DNA of 64,000 nt from Psilocybe cubensis (taxonomy: Eukaryota), in the NCBI GenBank assembly GCA_017499595.2, contig CM038999.1, positions 2,852,001-2,916,000 on the forward strand, in the 5' to 3' direction. Position 1 is the first letter of the stretch. The number at the start of each line of letters is the position of its first letter. The position numbers were made by a program, and so were the translations under genes. Below the pieces are notes generated by a model. The model saw only the letters and a program-made list of their open reading frames with translations. It was not told the DNA's origin and ran no database searches. This document shows positions 38,086 through 50,200 of this stretch, piece by piece.

Positions 38086-41000
38086 ATGCATAAACCTTCA
38101 GTTGACGGATTTAACTTTGGAAAGCCCGCCCTCCCTCTTGCCACCTCGACTACTGTACCACAGGCCCCACCTGCCATTAATTTTGCTACTTTCGAATTCA
38201 AGAAAATTGGCCAGCCCCCCTCGTTGCTGCAACGCATGAAGGATCCAGGTCCTGGCACCAACATTTCTAACGAAAGCAACGAAGAATCTCGTTCTCCTTC
38301 ACCCGATTTAGAGGGCGAATTACTTATCTCAGACTCGACCGCCGACTCAAAGAACCAGGGACGTTCTTTATTTGCACGAATTGCTATTCCCGAATCCACA
38401 ACTGGCGCAATTGACAAAATGACTGATGATAAGTCTACGTTGACGAGAGAGAATTCTGACACTACGATTCAACCCACTCAACCGAACGATCAAAATTCGT
38501 CTGGGTCGTCAGTTGTCATTGAGCGTCATACTGCAAATGTTGCTCTCAACTCCGACCTCGCCAGATCCAGTAAGACGCCTCTTTCGTCACACTCTGGTAT
38601 CAACACCATCGCCTCCTTTTCTGGTGCATCCTCATCCAAACACCATGGCCATATTCTCCAGCTGTTCAACATCAGTCAGGGATCTGAGTTTTCTGCAGCT
38701 TCCATCCCCAGGAATGGATCATCGAACGTGGATGTGAATGCAGACGCGTCATCAACAGTGCAACCTAGTTCCAGAGAATCTCGGGTTTCTCAGCCTCTAG
38801 ATGCATCGCTGATAGATGACACTCCCTCTTCCTCTGCAAGTTCCGGTGTCCCCTTATTCAGCGATCTTGTTAACCAAATGAACATGACACTTTCCGATTA
38901 CCGCCCAATAAATCCCGACGTCTTACAGTTGCTAGATTCCTGCAGAGCTCAATTCACTGAACTAAGTTCTTCTATGCAAACGGTTTCGGAAATAGCACAA
39001 AGTTTAGCTAATGCCACACAGAATTGTGTGCGACTTCTCCAACCATTTCACAATCGATTGAATACTCTTTTCAGCGACGTCGAAGGCCTTGATCGCCACA
39101 AAAGGCTATTCGACAACGTAAAAGTAATCTCCTCCCAGATGGACCAGCGAATCAAGATCGACGCTCAGACGAGGTGCGAACAGGAGCGACAAAAGATCCA
39201 GAGCGGGACATCAAATTCAGCAGGGACATCATGCAATAGTTTCACTGGGCCTCCCAAACCAAATTTGACAGATCGCGAGCAGCTAATCGCCGCTAATGAG
39301 CAACTTGCTGCAATGGCTGCACGAAAGCAAGCTATGGAAGAAGAGCAACAAGCAAATCGACGAGCCAAAGAAGCCGAGATGGCTGCTGAACTTGCTCGCA
39401 TGGATGCGGAGAATGCTGCGAATGCCGAACGTCACCGCGCAGCTTATGAAACTGCAAAGCGCAAACAGGAAGAGCTTGCCCGAATGGTGGCTCAAAAAAA
39501 GTTCCATTCTCTGCAGGAGACTCAAACAGCCCCTAAAAACCAAACTGAAGAAAACGAGAAAAGGGAGGCTGAGAGGGCGAGCAAAAAAGCTCTGCTCGAA
39601 GAGAAGCTAGCAGCTGAGAGAGAGGAAAGGGATAGAAGGGTTCGCATGGAGCAAGAAGAGCGGAAACGAAAAGAGGAAGAGGAGGCAACAATCGCACGAC
39701 AACATGCAGAGACACTCGAAGAAAAAATCCACCAGGATGCTTTGAAAGAGCAAGACAAACGACGGCAGCAAGTCTCTGCTCAAAAACAGCTTGCTTTGAA
39801 AGAAAACGCGAAAGTGGCTGTTGCACAGAAACGCAATAAGGCTTCCCAAGACTTAGCATCTCCAACAAAACACTCAAATAACGTCGCAGCTTCCCCTTAT
39901 GTTTCTCAACTGTCAGTTCCGAGTAATAAACCTATTCCAGTGAACGTTATCCCTCAAACCGCTGCAGCAAACTCTGTGCAAGTCTCTAAAGGCAATGGAA
40001 TGCAAAACTTGCAATACAGACAGGCTCCAACCACTATGTCAAGTAATATTTCCTCGAAAGGACAACCTGATGGACCATCTCAACCTAATTCCACCTTAAA
40101 TAATCCTCCAATTGGTACAGGAATCTATGTATCGACAATTCGGCCGTCGAGTGGTCTCCCTTCTCCTCCCTCCGAAATGATACAGCCGCACTCTGCGGCG
40201 ATGCATACCCTCGCCAAGGATGCGACTGCTGGCGGACAGGGTCAGGTAAAACTTGGGTCTTCTCAGATTAAACCGCCACTTGTTCACGCAAACTTGCCTG
40301 TCAAGCCATTGAGCTTGCCGTCAGCCATCGAACATGCTGATGTGTCTGTGCACAAACAGGGTTATTACCATCCGGGTGGTCTCGTGTCACCCTGTCCGCA
40401 GATCTCACCCATGTTAGGTGATGCGCAGAAAGCCAATTTAGCAAGATTAAGTGAACATCATGGCACATGCAGTCGTCAACAAGAGGACGATAATCAAGAT
40501 GTAAAGAAAATAAAGCCTTTGGCCAAGTCTGAAAGAGGTCAAGTTCCTCAACAGCCTGCTCCTACTTCCGCTGCCTTGCCACCGTCAATCCAAACCGATT
40601 CTCTGAGTTCGATCGTGAAGACAGAAATACCAGATGACATCGAAATACCTCGTTTATCTATGCCATCCTCTCCTTCTACACCTAAGCTCAATGTCGAGGA
40701 CAACCTTCCAACTTTTGAAACTACCTCTTCGGGCCCACACGCCTCCCAGCCAGTGTTGCCATCGCGCTTCCCTCAACTTTCTTCCAAGATATCTTCCAAC
40801 GTGTCGCGTCAAGATCTCCCAACCGAAGCATCAACCAATGCTTCTTCTGAGGCTCAACTTGTACAGAATCAAACATTCAAAGCTTCTGCAATCCCCCAGA
40901 TGGCCTCGTCTCAAACGATACGTCGACCCATTGGGAATAATGATTTCTTTGACCAACCAAACCATCGAACGAGATCAGGAATATCTTCAGCCGAAGCTTT

Positions 41001-41928
41001 GCGTTCTACTCCTGCTGAAGCAAATTCATTGGCTGCAAGGCGTCGTGATACAACGCGTGCACCACAAAATATTGATCATTATTCACCCTCTCCTTCACCT
41101 CGTCCTAGGACCCCGCCAACGCGACCTCGACAGATAAACCGCAGAGGTGACCATTATTCTCCTCCCAGATCACCAGAATTTTTCTCGGGCCCACCTCGTC
41201 GGCGTTCGGGTGGTGGAAATCACTCAAGGGGTGTGTCTCCTGTTGGTCATGGCGAGAACATACGCAGTAACAACGGAATTTCCATGGCATCGGAGCCTAA
41301 CTCTCAATATGCAAGAAAAAGGCCGCGCGATGACCAAGATCACGGGGGCCCTCCGTTGCGACGCCAGCGTGCAGACAATGACCGAACTACAGAGCGCTAT
41401 GAAATAGGCGAGCATTCTTTGGTTTTGCCTCAACAGCCTGATCCACAAAGAGAAGAATGGAGTCGCGTTGCTAATTACACCCCTTCCCCATCGCCAGAGC
41501 CAGCCCTGGAACCAGCCAACTTTAACCACGGTCGATCAGGTTATAGAGGAAGTCAAGGGCGTCCTAACGTTGCCCAGCGCCGACATCCCAATGAACATAA
41601 TTCAGCACTAACGTCAAACCCCTCAAATTATAACAACCATGAGTACAATTCAATCCCATACCAAAGGCAAAACTACAGGGAGTCCAATAGCGATTTCCAG
41701 CCGCTTTTGTTGAGCCGGTTCACTGATCAAGGAAGAACGACTACTCCGCCATCTGAACCGGCTCAACATTATCCAGCTTCGCAGCACAGAGTTGCTCGTG
41801 GTCGTTCCACCAGACATCCGAATCCTCGCCCCAATTATCACCATTCGTCTCTTGGGCAGCGCATGAACACGAATCACAAAAACTCACTGATCTACCGAAT
41901 AGAACAAGCCCCACCAGCTCAAGAATAA
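38086..41928 (+). CDS. Single-exon 1280-aa uncharacterised protein: central charged coiled coil, disordered flanks, R/S/P-rich C-terminus
   Basis: Uninterrupted 3843-nt ORF; E/K/R/A-rich helical region in the middle; pyrimidine-rich promoter-like tract upstream at ~37845-37945. Confidence 0.8.
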   Translation: MHKPSVDGFNFGKPALPLATSTTVPQAPPAINFATFEFKKIGQPPSLLQRMKDPGPGTNISNESNEESRSPSPDLEGELLISDSTADSKNQGRSLFARIAIPESTTGAIDKMTDDKSTLTRENSDTTIQPTQPNDQNSSGSSVVIERHTANVALNSDLARSSKTPLSSHSGINTIASFSGASSSKHHGHILQLFNISQGSEFSAASIPRNGSSNVDVNADASSTVQPSSRESRVSQPLDASLIDDTPSSSASSGVPLFSDLVNQMNMTLSDYRPINPDVLQLLDSCRAQFTELSSSMQTVSEIAQSLANATQNCVRLLQPFHNRLNTLFSDVEGLDRHKRLFDNVKVISSQMDQRIKIDAQTRCEQERQKIQSGTSNSAGTSCNSFTGPPKPNLTDREQLIAANEQLAAMAARKQAMEEEQQANRRAKEAEMAAELARMDAENAANAERHRAAYETAKRKQEELARMVAQKKFHSLQETQTAPKNQTEENEKREAERASKKALLEEKLAAEREERDRRVRMEQEERKRKEEEEATIARQHAETLEEKIHQDALKEQDKRRQQVSAQKQLALKENAKVAVAQKRNKASQDLASPTKHSNNVAASPYVSQLSVPSNKPIPVNVIPQTAAANSVQVSKGNGMQNLQYRQAPTTMSSNISSKGQPDGPSQPNSTLNNPPIGTGIYVSTIRPSSGLPSPPSEMIQPHSAAMHTLAKDATAGGQGQVKLGSSQIKPPLVHANLPVKPLSLPSAIEHADVSVHKQGYYHPGGLVSPCPQISPMLGDAQKANLARLSEHHGTCSRQQEDDNQDVKKIKPLAKSERGQVPQQPAPTSAALPPSIQTDSLSSIVKTEIPDDIEIPRLSMPSSPSTPKLNVEDNLPTFETTSSGPHASQPVLPSRFPQLSSKISSNVSRQDLPTEASTNASSEAQLVQNQTFKASAIPQMASSQTIRRPIGNNDFFDQPNHRTRSGISSAEALRSTPAEANSLAARRRDTTRAPQNIDHYSPSPSPRPRTPPTRPRQINRRGDHYSPPRSPEFFSGPPRRRSGGGNHSRGVSPVGHGENIRSNNGISMASEPNSQYARKRPRDDQDHGGPPLRRQRADNDRTTERYEIGEHSLVLPQQPDPQREEWSRVANYTPSPSPEPALEPANFNHGRSGYRGSQGRPNVAQRRHPNEHNSALTSNPSNYNNHEYNSIPYQRQNYRESNSDFQPLLLSRFTDQGRTTTPPSEPAQHYPASQHRVARGRSTRHPNPRPNYHHSSLGQRMNTNHKNSLIYRIEQAPPAQE

Positions 41929-42264
41929 AAGAAAAATGTGTGTTTTCTCTCTTTTCAAGGTTCTCGTCTTTCTACTGAGTTGAATCGTTTTCATACCAGC
42001 CCTGACAAGTGTAACATGAATATTAAATTATCCCGATTCTCAGAAGCATGGCTTATGTTCCTCCTCAAATGTGTATTTTAACTTTTGCATTGAAGCAGTA
42101 AAGATAACGACCTGTGTTCGTTTAGTTTATCATAACCTTGATTTAAATATATGCAATTTTGTCCCTTTTCTTCTTCCGGTAAGAGGATTCGGAAAAGCAT
42201 TTCAGACTTGAATTCTTAAAATATTTCAGAAAATGATAATAGTGTACAATGACATGTCATATCC

Positions 42265-43577
42265 CTAATTTCCTCCACAGATTGAAAGTTCCCGCATTTC
42301 CTGAAGTATACCTTCGACCTGTGCAGTTGGTAATGTAAGCGTACAGGGCATTTGCAATGCCTCAGAGACATACCTGAGCATCCAATTGTCCAGCCGCGTA
42401 ATCGTCTCTCACGTTATCAGCAAAATAACTATAAAAAAAGGTGAGTCACATTTGAATCGTGAAGGAGATTTTTTTGTACCGCTGAACGCCGCTGAGCTTC
42501 TCATAGCCCTCTTCAGCGAATTTGGCTTGCATGCGAATCATAGCCTCGAAGCTGGGATCGAAGTAGGGTACCCGAAGATCCAAGAGCTGAGGCAGTTCTG
42601 CAATTAGTTGATCATTTAGCATGTCAAACATCTCCTTGCATTCGTCGTTCTCTTGTTGTGCCTGTTCATAACTCAGCACAGAAATGAATTACAGTAAAAA
42701 TGAAAAATCTAATACCTTGGGCAGCTTCGTGGGATCCTCACTGGGCTTGTCAATGAGTTTTTTCAATTTGCTTCTGGCAGAATCATAATCCAACAGCTGG
42801 AAGCGAGGTTAACAATAAAAAAACCGGCCGAGAAAGCTACCCCTCACCTTCTTGTTTCGTTTGGCTATGTGCTCGTTTACGACCGGGAAATAAGCACACA
42901 TTTTCCCAAGTGGCTCGGAAATGGTTGTTCGGTATGGAACATCCTAGCCACGATTCATGAGCAATCATGGAGGATAAAGAGTGATATCTGAACGTACAAG
43001 CTCGCGTGTGAATGTGGTGTCCAAGTCATCCACAGATCGTTTGTAGGCGTGGCCCGCCATTGCACCCTCAGATGTCCGATCAGCCGCGCTGTAGAATGTC
43101 TCCAATGTCTCAGCTATTCGACTTTGAGCGGCGGTCATGGCTGATTAGAAAGGCCGTCCATGGAGATCAGCTTCGCAAGAGAGTATTTCGAGTTTCCACA
43201 CCTCGCATTGCATCCCAATAAGCCTTGCTATCCTTCTGGAGAGCCTGGCATTCCTTCTCGAATCTGAGGTGATGGAAGCCGCGTTGGCACTCTAATTAAC
43301 GATTGGCCAGAGGTATATAATCAAAAATTTCATACATGCGGTATTTTGCCTCTTCATCCGCAAATTCTCGGTCGACGGTCCTTTCAATTTGTCCAGTTTT
43401 TTGCAGCAGCTAAAGACCACCCCAATAGATCATAAATTCATGTAACAAAACAGGAGATCGAGACGAGGGCAGCTTACGGTCGTCCCGGCCCTATTAACGG
43501 ACTTCTTGAAACTATATTAAACGAGATTAGATATGTGTAAAGGATATATTCCTTGAAACATACCCTGCCCAACTCAT
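42265..43577 (-). CDS. RVS161: BAR-domain amphiphysin Rvs161/Hob3
   Basis: Spliced MSWAG|FKKSVNRAGTT|LLQKTGQIERTVDREF...KRNKK|LLDYDSAR...LNDQLIAELPQLLDLRVPYFDPSFEAMIRMQ...EMRELSICGGN*; BAR domain only, no SH3. Confidence 0.92.
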
Positions 43578-44527
43578 TGTAGCGAGAGGAGATCAATAGC
43601 ACCCTTTAAACTTTGCACCCCTCACTGCAACCATGATCCCCTAGGTAAGGCTTAGTCAGCTTATCTGAGTTTGAATACATTGACCAGTTATTTAAATCAC
43701 TCCTCAACGTCTCAACCGTGATCTTCAACGCTGCTACACACACAATACCTGGACATTTGGATTATCAAGATATGGATCTAACTTCTTATTCTTACTCTCT
43801 TCATAAAATCAAATTGAAATTCTAGAAACTCCGGAAAAATGCATGAAACATTTAAGAATTGAAAACATCGTGCTTAAGCCCCAAGTCTACCAGTAGCTTC
43901 ATTCAATTTCCGTTATTCTGATTATATTATTCTCATATTTGTATTCGAAAGATTTTCATCATTCCCTTCGCCATAGGCAACAAATGGAGTCGCGTCAAAA
44001 ACTGTCAAAAAACCGTTCATTTTCTTGACTTTTTCCACCGAAAACTTTGTACATGGTATTCGGACGACTATCCTCGTCCACCTGTTTCGCAATCATGTTT
44101 CCCACATGATACAATCTGTGCGCTACCTGTACTTTCCTTCAATTCGGTGTCATCCTCATCGGGTGATCTAAGCTACTCTTTTCCAAACCTGGAAATACGA
44201 ATTACTGCCGATGACATATGTAGAATGTCTCTGTGGGACGTGGACGTCTGCGAGCGGTGGTTCCTCAAGAACTCGGCGGACAGTGATAACGGGTTCGTCT
44301 AGTGAATGCGACTCAAATTCCGGAGACAGCTATCTAGAATGTCTGCAAATTATAACACGAGTCTTCCGATACAGAGTCGGAAAATGCGGTTACATGATTA
44401 CATCATATGTAGAGGTTGCTTATTATAGAACTTGATTTGTACGCCTGATCTTGGCCTGCGATCGAGCCTGTTCGCTCCAAAACATCCTTCGCCTAACATA
44501 TTCACAAGTGCCAAATGTCGTCCTTGA

Positions 44528-46623
44528 ATGCCCTCTTTTTCCACACCATTTGCATTGGGATTACTCCGTTCAAGGATTCTGCTCTCTCTTGTAATGAATG
44601 ACATGACAAGCTGCCGAGTGCTGCGTCGAAGCTCGCGCCTCCTCTCGGTATCTAATAACGTGGCTACTGACACGCCCATTGACGCCGAAAAACCTGTAGA
44701 CCGTGAAACCACATCTTCCATACTTCAAAAACGCAAACGCAGTGTCCAGGAGGCGTCGCAGGATCAATCATCAGGCGTTCTGGCGCCTAAAACGTATACG
44801 GGAAGCAAGAAAAGAAATCTGCAAGCGCCCAAAGAACAAATGTCAGTGTCCACGGCCAATGACGACGACGAACTCCCGTCTAGGGTAGGCCAATCAAAGG
44901 CAAAGAGGATAAGAGAGCGCAAGCCTAGCCCAGTGTATGTGATACCCGATGTTCAGAGGAAGGAAACGTCTTTCCGTGGTCGACTTGGTGTGTGTCATTT
45001 TTAGGACTAGGCTGTGCAATCGCTCAATGTTGGTCTATACTTGTAGGATATGCGTGTCTTAATACCATAATGCGAAACAAGAAACCGGCATCTGAATCTG
45101 TGTTTTGTTCACGGACTTGTCGGTACGCAAAAATTGAACCAATTTCAAAACGTTTTCGCATCTTACTGATATTCAAACAGGCTTGATTCAGTTCTTAAAA
45201 ATGGCATAGAGTGGGTCAAAGATCTGGGAAGAAAAAATGTCCAGGATCTTTTGACTCTCATACAATGGAATGAAGATAACGTAGGATTCTTTGAATAAAA
45301 GTGTGTATATGCTTTTGACTAATACATATCTTAGCACATTCGATTTTTTAGAGTCTCCTCAGAAATGTTTCCTTTTGCCTCGCATGGTGTCCATGGCTAT
45401 TCTCTTGAATTTTGTGCTCCAGAGCTGGCCAAAGCAGGCGATCTTGCAAAAAAATACGGGCACCGCCTTACAACACATCCTGGCCAATTTACGCAACTAG
45501 GGAGCCCTAAGCCTGCTGTCGTCGACGCTGCTATTCGTGACTTGGCTTATCACGCACAGATGTTGGACCTAATGGGTCTAGACCAGGACAGCGTCATGAT
45601 AATTCATGTACGTTTTACTCCACCATTTCGGTGTAACTGGGTATTCATACTTTAACAGGGTGGTGGTGTTTATGGTGATAAACTAGCCACGCTGGAACGT
45701 TTAAAGCAATCGATCAAAAATTTACCTGATAACATTCGCAATCGATTAGTACTGGAAAACGATGAGGTGAGATATTGGCATTGCATCCTGGGATGGATGA
45801 TGGAGTCTTATTGAAATCTGACAGATGTGTTATAATGCCGAAGATCTACTACCAATCTGCGAGGAGCTGAGTATCCCTCTAGTTTTCGGTTCGTTTTACA
45901 AGGATGTCTGTACCATGAAGATCCCCTTAACATGCCATTTAGATTATCACCACGACAAGATATTCCCATCTTCCATTCCTCCTGCTAAAATAATAGAAAG
46001 AGCCAACGTAATTTGGCAGCGGCGGGGGATAAAGCCAAAGCAACACCTAAGTGAGCAACGTCCAGGAGCTGTGACTGTTATGGAGCGGAGAGCACACGCA
46101 GATAGGTGCGAAAATTTGCCCGATGATTTGCCCGATGACATGGGTAAGTCGGATGTGACAATCGTTTTGTAACTATTACTAACTGGCGTCATGTAGATCT
46201 TATGATAGAGGCAAATATACACACACTAAGTCTAAATCTTGCCATAGACGCTAATGTTTTAACCTCAGGCAAAGGATAAAGAACAAGCAGTTTTGTATTT
46301 GCATCGAATGTACAATCTGCAGCCTGTAAATTATGGTATCTGGATTTGATTGACACCATTAAGTCACCGATTGCTGATATTGGATTTTCACTATGTGCAC
46401 AGCGTCACTACGACCCGCGAAAGCTAATCCAACGATGCACACCGCCGGTCGCAAGTCCAACAAACGAGCTCGCGCCAACCTCGAAAAGGAGGCTATCGAT
46501 AAAGCGGAGGCAGAAGAGGAAAACGAAATCGATGACGATTGTGTCTCCTCTCGATCCAGTTGTGGTAGTGACTCAGAGATGTTTATAGAGAGGCAGAACG
46601 GCGCCGCAGGCAGAAGCACTTGA
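44528..46623 (+). CDS. UVE1: UV-damage endonuclease (UvdE/Uve1)
   Basis: FRGRLG|YACLNT...FCSRTCR, FPFASHGVHGY, HRLTTHPGQFTQLGSP, IIH|GGGVYGDK, RLVLENDE, DYHHD, KPKQHLSE, RRAHAD, LMIE|AKDKEQA. Confidence 0.93.
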
Positions 46624-47213
46624 TGGGGTCGGGGTTATCGATTGACAAGTGTCGGGCAGTTTTTCCTACATACGACAGTTCATGTCGAGCTGTTCAATCG
46701 GCGAATATGTATAAGTCTAATTTACCACGCGCTGGGCGGTACCAGTTGCTGTCTGTCACTGTACGTGACTAAGTATATACTCTGGAGAATAGAAGCCGTG
46801 CTATCGTTATTCATAAAGTTGTTCATTTGCGTAACGTCATAATGTAAGAAGTGTTCAATGGTATAAGGGCAGATCAGAGTGTCAGTGACATGAGGAAGCT
46901 CAATAAATCCAGAAAACCATAATATGGCACATCGAAAATATCACCAGGGCACAAAATATTGACATGGTAAATAGTGTATATAAATTGTATAGCAAAGAAC
47001 CGATGTACTGGAAGATATATGATACAGTAGCGATGATGAGGAGCCCAGCGAGGGCAGTAGAAACACACGGGTTCAATACGGTGAAACATTTGAAGTAAAC
47101 ATATAAGAAAAGGTGTAGATTGTTGAGATATTGACATTGGTGGCATAAAGTGGTGGTAATGATATAAATCACTGAAAACAGAGGGGAGCAGGTGTTAATT
47201 AAATGCCATACAT

Positions 47214-50200
47214 CTAAGAGTGGTTTGGGTTGAAGCTGGAGACAGCCAGAGCTCCGACCCAGGCCATCTCCACGACTGCACGTCCGATGGGTGTCAGCAT
47301 GTCCCTCAATGGGTCGATAGGGCTGTTATCCTCCTCGTCAGAAGTCTCTGGAACATTGGGGCCAGCCATCGTCAAGCCCATCTTCTCAAATCCATCAGGG
47401 ATGAACTGGATACCCGATTCGCGTGAGTGGCAGACGCCGATAACATATTGGTCTTTGCGCTGGCACAGAGGAATGCTATTATATGCTTCCTCGAGAGGGC
47501 CACAAACAGCGAGGCCGACCTCGGGAATGCGGACGCCAGACCCTTGCAAATCGCGATAGGAAAACACACGAGCGGTAATATGGAAGGTGTGAAGAAGAAC
47601 GGATTTGTCGGTGGTCGTGTCAGCCGACTCATGTGCACGTTTCTTTTCTCCTGATCTACTTTTGCCATTTTCCTCTGTTGGATGGCGCGGGTCGTAAGTC
47701 TTATAGAAAATCATCAAATATTGGCGCGCATGCGCCGGAATTGTAGGCATAGTGAATGGATATTTGCGGCTCGAATATGGGTCGGTATCTGAGGGATATA
47801 AGGGTAAAAGCATGTAGAGTGCTTCGTCAGGCACAGAGTCGAATATGTCCGGCTGGTCTGGGTTTTGAGAATTGCCATTTCGCTTGGACTTTTTAGGGTG
47901 CTGGTCATGTTTCCGTCGCTGTCCGCTGTGACTCGAACCCTTTATTTCTCCGGTGGCAGGAAGGAGGCCGACGTCTTGGAAAGACGAATTTAAATCGTCA
48001 ACGATACCTTTGCGCGTCTCAGAGTTAGTGCGAGGGTGGCTCACAGGCCATGGAGGTTTATATGAACTTTCTATGATGCGCGAAGTACCGTCTAGTTTGG
48101 GCTTCTTCCACGAAGAAAAGAGACCGGTGGAAGAGGGTTCTTGATGAGCGGCTTCGAAAACTTCGGGAGGAAGAGCAGCGTAGGTTTCACGATGTGGGGT
48201 GCGCGTTGGAGGTCTGGGTATTCCGGAAATTCCGTCCGAGCTGTCGTCCTCTTCGTCCTCACCCAAGTCGTCGTAAGAGTCGTAATCGCCACGGCGACGT
48301 GGTTTCAAGTAGCCTTTATAGATGCCACGAGAGATTGTGCGATCAGAGGAGGCAGTTTCTTGACTGCGAATGGAAGGCTCGATGGAACCATTCGAACCGG
48401 TGGGGTCCGTTACTTGAGTTTGGTCAGGAGATGTCCCAGAAGAAGAGTCAACCATTGTTCCACTGTCACCACTAGAGATGGCGTAAGAAACACTGCCTGC
48501 GCTGCTTTCGGAACTATCTGGGAGTGGGGTCTCGGCAGCCACAACCTCTCGCAACTTTCCCTCGCTTTTCGACGTAAGGCGCTTCGAAGAAGACCCTTCG
48601 CCTGACCGACTCTTCTCCTTGCGCTCCTTGTCCTTTGCCTTGGCTTCCTTGTCCCTCGTCCTCGATTCCTTATCCTTGGTTTTCGCCGACCGATGCCTGT
48701 CATGTTCACGTTCAGCTGCCCTTCTAGAACTTTCAGCATGCTGAGGTTGAGGGCTAGTGCGACCATTGTCATCCAACAAACCATGTGTGTCTAATTTACG
48801 CGTAGTATTAGTACTCGTATAGGCCTTTTGTACACGACGCGTAGCCAGCAAAATCATGTTGGACTTCTTGCGATTATTGCCAGTAGAGTCTCTGGAGGAT
48901 ACCTGGCCGCCGGAAGAAGTGAGATTTCGGGATCCTCCCGAGCCGGTAGCTTGTCCAGTGGTGGAGGACGATGTGGTTCTGCGATGGCTCCGACTGAGCG
49001 AGAATGCTGCTGCCTTAGAGTGTTTATGGATGGTTATGTTGGGTCCATCGGGTTGGTCACGACCACCATTGGGACTACGCAGATGCTGAGCTTGTAGGCG
49101 CTGCTGCTGAGGCTTGCCAGGTTCAGTAGCTAAACAACAAAAGGAGACTTTATAGACAATTCATTTTATAAGATATTATCACGTACCCGGCGCGTTCTTG
49201 CGCTGAACCTTGTGTTTCCCAAGGTGAGAATTGTACCAAATCTCCTCCGAGTCGGGGGCCATCCCAGTCCATTTGGCTTTACTGCTACCCGTCTTTTCCT
49301 TTTCTTTGTGTTTGGTATCAGGCTTGTCGAGGAATAGGCTTGATCCATTGGTGCGCACATCAGTGCTTGTGCTGGTACTCGTACGCGGAAAGAGGTTGGC
49401 AATGCTTGGACGTTCTCTCTCGCCATTTTGTCGACGATTGGCCTGCTCATCCCCCTCTTTGGCTTTGAAGCTGCTCCATTTTAACCTTCGTTCTCGATCC
49501 CTCTCGGTCTCCCATGATGTCGTTATATTCTTATGAATAATGTCTGTGCTAGAGACCGTGCTTGTTCGCCTGGCTGCACTGTTGGTGCTTCCCTTTCGGA
49601 AAAATCTACCGCCCACATCAGTGTCAACGATGTCTTGCATTTCAGACGAATCGATATCAACAAGACCATTAATCCCGGCACCAATAAACCAACTATCGGT
49701 AGCGGGAACAGCATCTGGCGCCGGCGTTGAACCGTTATTTGAGGAAAACTGCGTCGAGGAAGATGACACAGAAAAAGAAGGGGTAGCTGCTGGAACCGGT
49801 GCAAGATTGTTGTCTCTTTGGGCAGTCATTGACCGTTTTCGCAAATTCTGCCAATCACCTTCGCTTTCGGGCACAGAAGCCGGAGCTGGAGGCAGAGAAT
49901 GTCCGTGAGATGACTCCGCACCTTGTATGAAGCTGCGTTCTATCATGCTCTTGCTACCCCGTCGGTTACTGTAGTCAAACTCCCATGCGCTGCTGTTATT
50001 GTCCTGAAATGAATCGTGGTATGTGCTGTCGAATTGTTTCTTAGGAATAGCCATGGCGGCACTACCCCTTCTTTCGGTTTGAATTGGCTGGAAGCTCTCC
50101 TGACTGTCGTTCATATAATCGATGGTCCCGCGATCGCTGTCTGGAACTACGGACTCTATTTCGATGTCAGGCTCGTACTCCTCCACATAGCCCTCGCCAT

